Assembly: GCA_050251875.1 (NCBI GenBank)
Contig: JBFWMA010000005.1
Location: 161,233 to 225,232 of the forward strand
Length of the DNA: 64,000 nt
Origin: Deferribacterales bacterium
GTDB lineage: Bacteria > Chrysiogenota > Deferribacteres > Deferribacterales > Geovibrionaceae
Direction of reading: 5' to 3'
Part shown: in pieces, positions 60,283-64,000 of the stretch
How the letters are laid out: each line of letters opens with the position of its first letter
Position numbering within the stretch: the first letter of the stretch is position 1
Program-made: the position numbers and the translations under genes
Notes under the pieces: model-generated
Seen by the model: the letters and a program-made list of their open reading frames with translations, nothing else
Told to the model about the DNA's origin: nothing
Database searches by the model: none

Positions 60283-62001
60283 TTATTTTATGGTTTTGAA
60301 TCTGCTTACCAGACTCTGAAGGTCTGCCGCCAGATGGCTGAGCTGTTCCACTGCCATAGCGGTTTCCTTGGAAGCCAGAGAGTTTTCTCCGGTGATGCGT
60401 GAGATATTCTCTATGCTCTGCGCCATCATTTCGGTGGCTGAGGCCTGTTCATCTGTGGCTCTGGCGATCATATCGACTTCGTTGGAGACGCTTTTTACAT
60501 TGGTCTGGATTATGTCCAGAGCCTCTTTCGCCTCTTCCGCTTTTTTCTGACCTTCCTCAACCTGCTGAACGCCCTCGAACATTCCAGCCACGGCTCCGCC
60601 TGTGTCTGCCTGAATGCCCTGTATCATTTCGGCGATCTCCTGAGTCGCTTTCACTGTCTTCTCAGCCAGTTTCCGCACCTCGTCAGCCACCACGGCGAAT
60701 CCTCGTCCGTGTTCGCCGGCTCTTGCCGCTTCTATGGCGGCGTTCAGAGCCAGAAGGTTAGTCTGGTCGGCTATGTCATCGATCACCTGAATGATCTGAC
60801 CTATCTGCTCGCTGCTCTCGCCCAGCTTGCGCACTGTGGCGGCGGAGTCGGAAACAGTGGAGGCTATTTTCTCCATCATGTTTCTGGTCTCTTCCACCAG
60901 AGAGTGTCCGGCGGACACGGAGCTGCTCGCCTCTTCGGCGCTGTTGGAAACGTTAGCGGCGTTCTGCGCCACTTCTATTACGGTTGAGTTGACTTCTTCC
61001 ACAGCGGAGGCTGTGCTTGCCGCCATCTCAGACTGTTCTATGGCGCCGGAGGCTATCGTTTCGGCGTTGCTGGAGAGCTCGGCTGATGTGGACGCCAGAG
61101 ACGCCACGGAATCGGCAACCACGCTCAGCGCTTCGCTGACATCTGAAGCCATCTTGTTGGTGGATTTCACCAGCTCGTCCACCTCGTCATCGGATTTAAC
61201 ATCCATGCGCACGGTAAAATCGCCTGCGGCTATCTGGTTAAGAGCGTTGCCCACTTTTTCCAGACGTTTGAAGATATATCTGGTATTGATCAGGTACAGC
61301 ACTATCATGATGCCGATTGTTACCATCAGGAATATAGCGGCGCTTACCGTCAGGTTGCTGGTGATGGCGGCATATACGGGAGCAGTGGGAAGGAATATCT
61401 CAAAAGCTCCGTGCAGTTCGCCTGCACGCCAGTTTTCCATCTTAACGCCTGTGGGGTCGAGTCCCTCTGAGTTGCCCCAGAGTTCCTGTGATGTGGCAGG
61501 GTCGCCGTGGCATGACTCACACATTTTTGTGAGGCGTACGGCCTTGTAGTATCTCAGCTGTTTGCCTGCGGTATCATGGTAAATGTATTCAGGCGTATTG
61601 CCTGAACCTTTATCAATTTTATCCAGTTCTTTAAGAGCTATCAGGTCTATCTCATCCGGTGTATCTTTAGGGTTTCTGGGAGAGATTTTAGGAACCTTGA
61701 ACTTAAGTCCCGCTTCCTCGGACTTAATCTCCATAACCTTCATGGCGCCGACTATCGGCACTGTAAGGAGAAATTTACCAACATCGCTTTGTGCTATGTC
61801 GTCTTTGTATACTTCGGCTTCAGAAACTGTCGCCATATATTCACGCACACCTTCAGCGGCGAGAACAAAACTTCTGGCTCTGGAAACCTGCGCGTCGAAC
61901 ATGTTCTTTTTCAACTGGAAAAAGTTGACTGTAAAAAGAACAGTCATACCAATCAGAACAGTCAAAGCGACAAACAGAATGATTTTGACCTGTAACTTCA
62001 T
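60283..62001 (-). CDS. Methyl-accepting chemotaxis protein with c-type heme DUF3365-like sensor
   Basis: [54 protein letters not shown]. Confidence 0.93.
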   Translation of the reverse strand: MKLQVKIILFVALTVLIGMTVLFTVNFFQLKKNMFDAQVSRARSFVLAAEGVREYMATVSEAEVYKDDIAQSDVGKFLLTVPIVGAMKVMEIKSEEAGLKFKVPKISPRNPKDTPDEIDLIALKELDKIDKGSGNTPEYIYHDTAGKQLRYYKAVRLTKMCESCHGDPATSQELWGNSEGLDPTGVKMENWRAGELHGAFEIFLPTAPVYAAITSNLTVSAAIFLMVTIGIMIVLYLINTRYIFKRLEKVGNALNQIAAGDFTVRMDVKSDDEVDELVKSTNKMASDVSEALSVVADSVASLASTSAELSSNAETIASGAIEQSEMAASTASAVEEVNSTVIEVAQNAANVSNSAEEASSSVSAGHSLVEETRNMMEKIASTVSDSAATVRKLGESSEQIGQIIQVIDDIADQTNLLALNAAIEAARAGEHGRGFAVVADEVRKLAEKTVKATQEIAEMIQGIQADTGGAVAGMFEGVQQVEEGQKKAEEAKEALDIIQTNVKSVSNEVDMIARATDEQASATEMMAQSIENISRITGENSLASKETAMAVEQLSHLAADLQSLVSRFKTIK

Positions 62002-62069
62002 TTAAACACCCCGGAAAATGAATATCAGCAGATAATATACACTATATTTATTTTTCTTTAAATATCAAA

Positions 62070-63629
62070 TTAGATAGTTTCCTCTATTTTGCCAGCATGT
62101 TTACTATCTTTACGGTTCATATATTTGTTCAGAGCGTCCAGATATGCTTTGGCGCTGGCCACAACAACGTCGGTATCTGAACCTTTGCCTCTGACTGCAT
62201 ACCCGCACTCTTCGAACTCAGCTGACACGGTGACCTCGCCCTGAGCGTCTTTGCCCTCTGTCAGAGCTTTGATGTTGTATGTCTTAAGCCTGCCGGTTAT
62301 TCCGGCTATTCTTTCAATAGCTTTCATTACGGCGTCAACGGGACCGTCGCCCGTGGATGAGTCTGTCACCAGCTGGTTGTCGCCTACCTTAAGCCTGATG
62401 GTGGCTGTGGGGATGGCTGTGTTTCCGCTGAAGATGTTTACTCTGTCCATCTCAAATGAGTTTTTAGAGCCTGATGTCTGGTTGAGTACCATGTTTTCGA
62501 TATCTTCGTCGAAAACCTCTTTCTTTTTATCGGCTAAAACCTTGAAAGACTCAAATGCTGTCTGAGCCGCTTCGTCGTCCAGCTCAAAACCGAGAGCTTT
62601 AAGTCTCTGGAAGAAAGCGTTGCGTCCTGAGTGTTTTCCGAGTACGAGGCTGTTTGCAGGGTAGCCCACGCTTTCAGGAGTCATAATTTCGTATGTGATA
62701 CGGTTTTTCAGCACGCCGTCCTGATGTATGCCCGCTTCGTGCGCGAAGGCGTTTTTGCCCACGATGGCTTTGTTAGGCTGAACGTTCACTCCGGTGATGG
62801 CTGTAAGGAGCTTGCTGGAACGGTATATCTCTTTTGTATTCACGCTGAAGTCAATATCGTCAAAGAGGTCTTTGCGCACTGTCATGCTCATTATCACCTC
62901 TTCGAGTGAGCAGTTGCCCGCTCTTTCGCCGATACCGTTGATGGTACATTCCACCTGGCTTGCCCCTGCCTTAACGGCTGTGAGCGAGTTTGCCACGGCA
63001 AGACCGAGGTCGTTATGGCAGTGCACTGATATTCTGGCCTTGTCCACGTTGGGAACCCTGTTCATGATGCTTGAGATTATCTTGTCAAACTCCATAGGAA
63101 CCGTGTAGCCCACTGTATCGGGAAGGTTGACTGTGCTTGCGCCCGCTTTGATAACCTCTTCAACAACTTTGCAGAGGAAGTCGAGGTCGCTTCTTGTGGC
63201 GTCTTCTGCGCTGAACTCTACGTCTTCGCAAAGACTTCTGGCATATTTAACGGCGTCGACGGCTATCTGGAGAGCCTCTTCTCTGGATTTTTTCAGTTTG
63301 TACTGAAGGTGTATGTCGCTTGTGGCGAGAAAGGTGTGGATTCTGGGGCGTACTGCTCCCTTAAGAGCGTCCCAGCCCACTTCGATGTCTTTTTTGTTGG
63401 CACGGCAGAGACCTGCCACGCCGCAGTTTTTGATTACGGCGGCCACACGGCTTACAGCCTCGAAGTCGCCGGGGGAGGAGATGGGAAAGCCTGCTTCCAT
63501 AACGTCTACGCCCATTTTTTCAATCTGAAGCGCCATTTTAATCTTTTCCTCTGTGTTCATAGAGAATCCGGGAGCCTGCTCGCCATCTCTTAATGTGGTG
63601 TCGAAAATCATGATCTTTCTTTTAGACAT
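62070..63629 (-). CDS. leuA: 2-isopropylmalate synthase
   Basis: FDTTLRDGEQAPG, HCHNDLGLA, FAHEAGIHQDG, C-terminal regulatory domain (GDGPVDA). Confidence 0.95.
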   Translation of the reverse strand: MSKRKIMIFDTTLRDGEQAPGFSMNTEEKIKMALQIEKMGVDVMEAGFPISSPGDFEAVSRVAAVIKNCGVAGLCRANKKDIEVGWDALKGAVRPRIHTFLATSDIHLQYKLKKSREEALQIAVDAVKYARSLCEDVEFSAEDATRSDLDFLCKVVEEVIKAGASTVNLPDTVGYTVPMEFDKIISSIMNRVPNVDKARISVHCHNDLGLAVANSLTAVKAGASQVECTINGIGERAGNCSLEEVIMSMTVRKDLFDDIDFSVNTKEIYRSSKLLTAITGVNVQPNKAIVGKNAFAHEAGIHQDGVLKNRITYEIMTPESVGYPANSLVLGKHSGRNAFFQRLKALGFELDDEAAQTAFESFKVLADKKKEVFDEDIENMVLNQTSGSKNSFEMDRVNIFSGNTAIPTATIRLKVGDNQLVTDSSTGDGPVDAVMKAIERIAGITGRLKTYNIKALTEGKDAQGEVTVSAEFEECGYAVRGKGSDTDVVVASAKAYLDALNKYMNRKDSKHAGKIEETI

Positions 63630-63722
63630 AGTTCTTACTCCTTAATTATTATTTTTATACTCATCAATTGTTATTGTCTAGTCCGCATAGCATTGTTCTG
63701 TCCTCCTCCATAAAAATATCAT

Positions 63723-63754
63723 AAAAAAAAGCCCCAACCCTTTCGGGCTGAGGC
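63723..63754 (-). terminator. Intrinsic terminator between pssA and leuA
   Basis: Minus strand reads GCCTCAGCCC-GAAA-GGGTTGGGGC-T8. Confidence 0.85.
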
Positions 63755-63785
63755 CTTAGCTTGCTCAAAAAAGACGTGACTGGTG

Positions 63786-63998
63786 TCACATCTGCTCGCT
63801 GAAGTCGTCCTCAGTCTGACCCGACGGGTGTTTCAGTTTTTTAAACGCTGCTAGCAGCAGACCGCTTAGCGCATAACCTACTGATAGTACGAATAGAGAT
63901 ATTTCAGGTATAAGACCAACGACAAATATTAACAGAACAAACATTACAAGTACATTGTAAGATTTCTGCTGAAAAAGTGTTTTGCCGCTGTAATATCT
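63786..63998 (-). CDS. pssA: 3' end of a probable CDP-diacylglycerol-serine O-phosphatidyltransferase (truncated by window edge)
   Basis: Hand translation RYYSGKTL...VLLIFVVGLIPEISLFVLSVGYALSGLLL...EQM* resembles the PssA C-terminus; pssA-leuA order is familiar from delta-proteobacteria. Confidence 0.65.
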   Translation of the reverse strand, partial: RYYSGKTLFQQKSYNVLVMFVLLIFVVGLIPEISLFVLSVGYALSGLLLAAFKKLKHPSGQTEDDFSEQM

Positions 63999-64000
63999 GA

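Overview
Bacterial chromosomal window. The lineage is probably an anaerobic Deferribacterota- or delta-proteobacteria-like one, inferred from gene content only and not verified. 1-16.7 kb holds the end of fusA, tuf and the S10-spc-alpha ribosomal protein superoperon, which lacks rpmD (L30). 17.2-37.8 kb holds a Mo-nitrogenase region: nifA, fdxB-nifZ, draT divergent from draG plus a macrodomain gene, nifHDKTENX-DUF269, then typA and a kinase, then nifB-TOBE divergent from nifV. Five sigma54 -24/-12 promoters and three exact TGT-N10-ACA sites are readable there. 38-64 kb holds a Na+-pumping acyl-CoA decarboxylase operon, c-heme sensor kinase and MCP, an EF-hand protein, a BaeSR-like pair, a MalT/SARP-like regulator, a cobalamin riboswitch with cbiK-cobA, a Fur-boxed DUF2325-DUF2023 pair, yebC-ruvC-ruvA, leuA and the 3' end of pssA. 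Best leads: (1) a DarG/TARG1-like macrodomain translationally coupled to draG that appears to lack the catalytic Lys, a candidate third component of the nitrogenase ADP-ribosylation switch; (2) a dispersed ~128-130 nt structured repeat family with GGA-loop (CsrA-site-like) hairpins; (3) a sigma54-driven, apparently leaderless nifA with a GAFSGD loop; (4) a possible leuA attenuator that uses the pssA tail or a CTA-containing uORF. All annotations come from motif recognition by eye; no searches were run.
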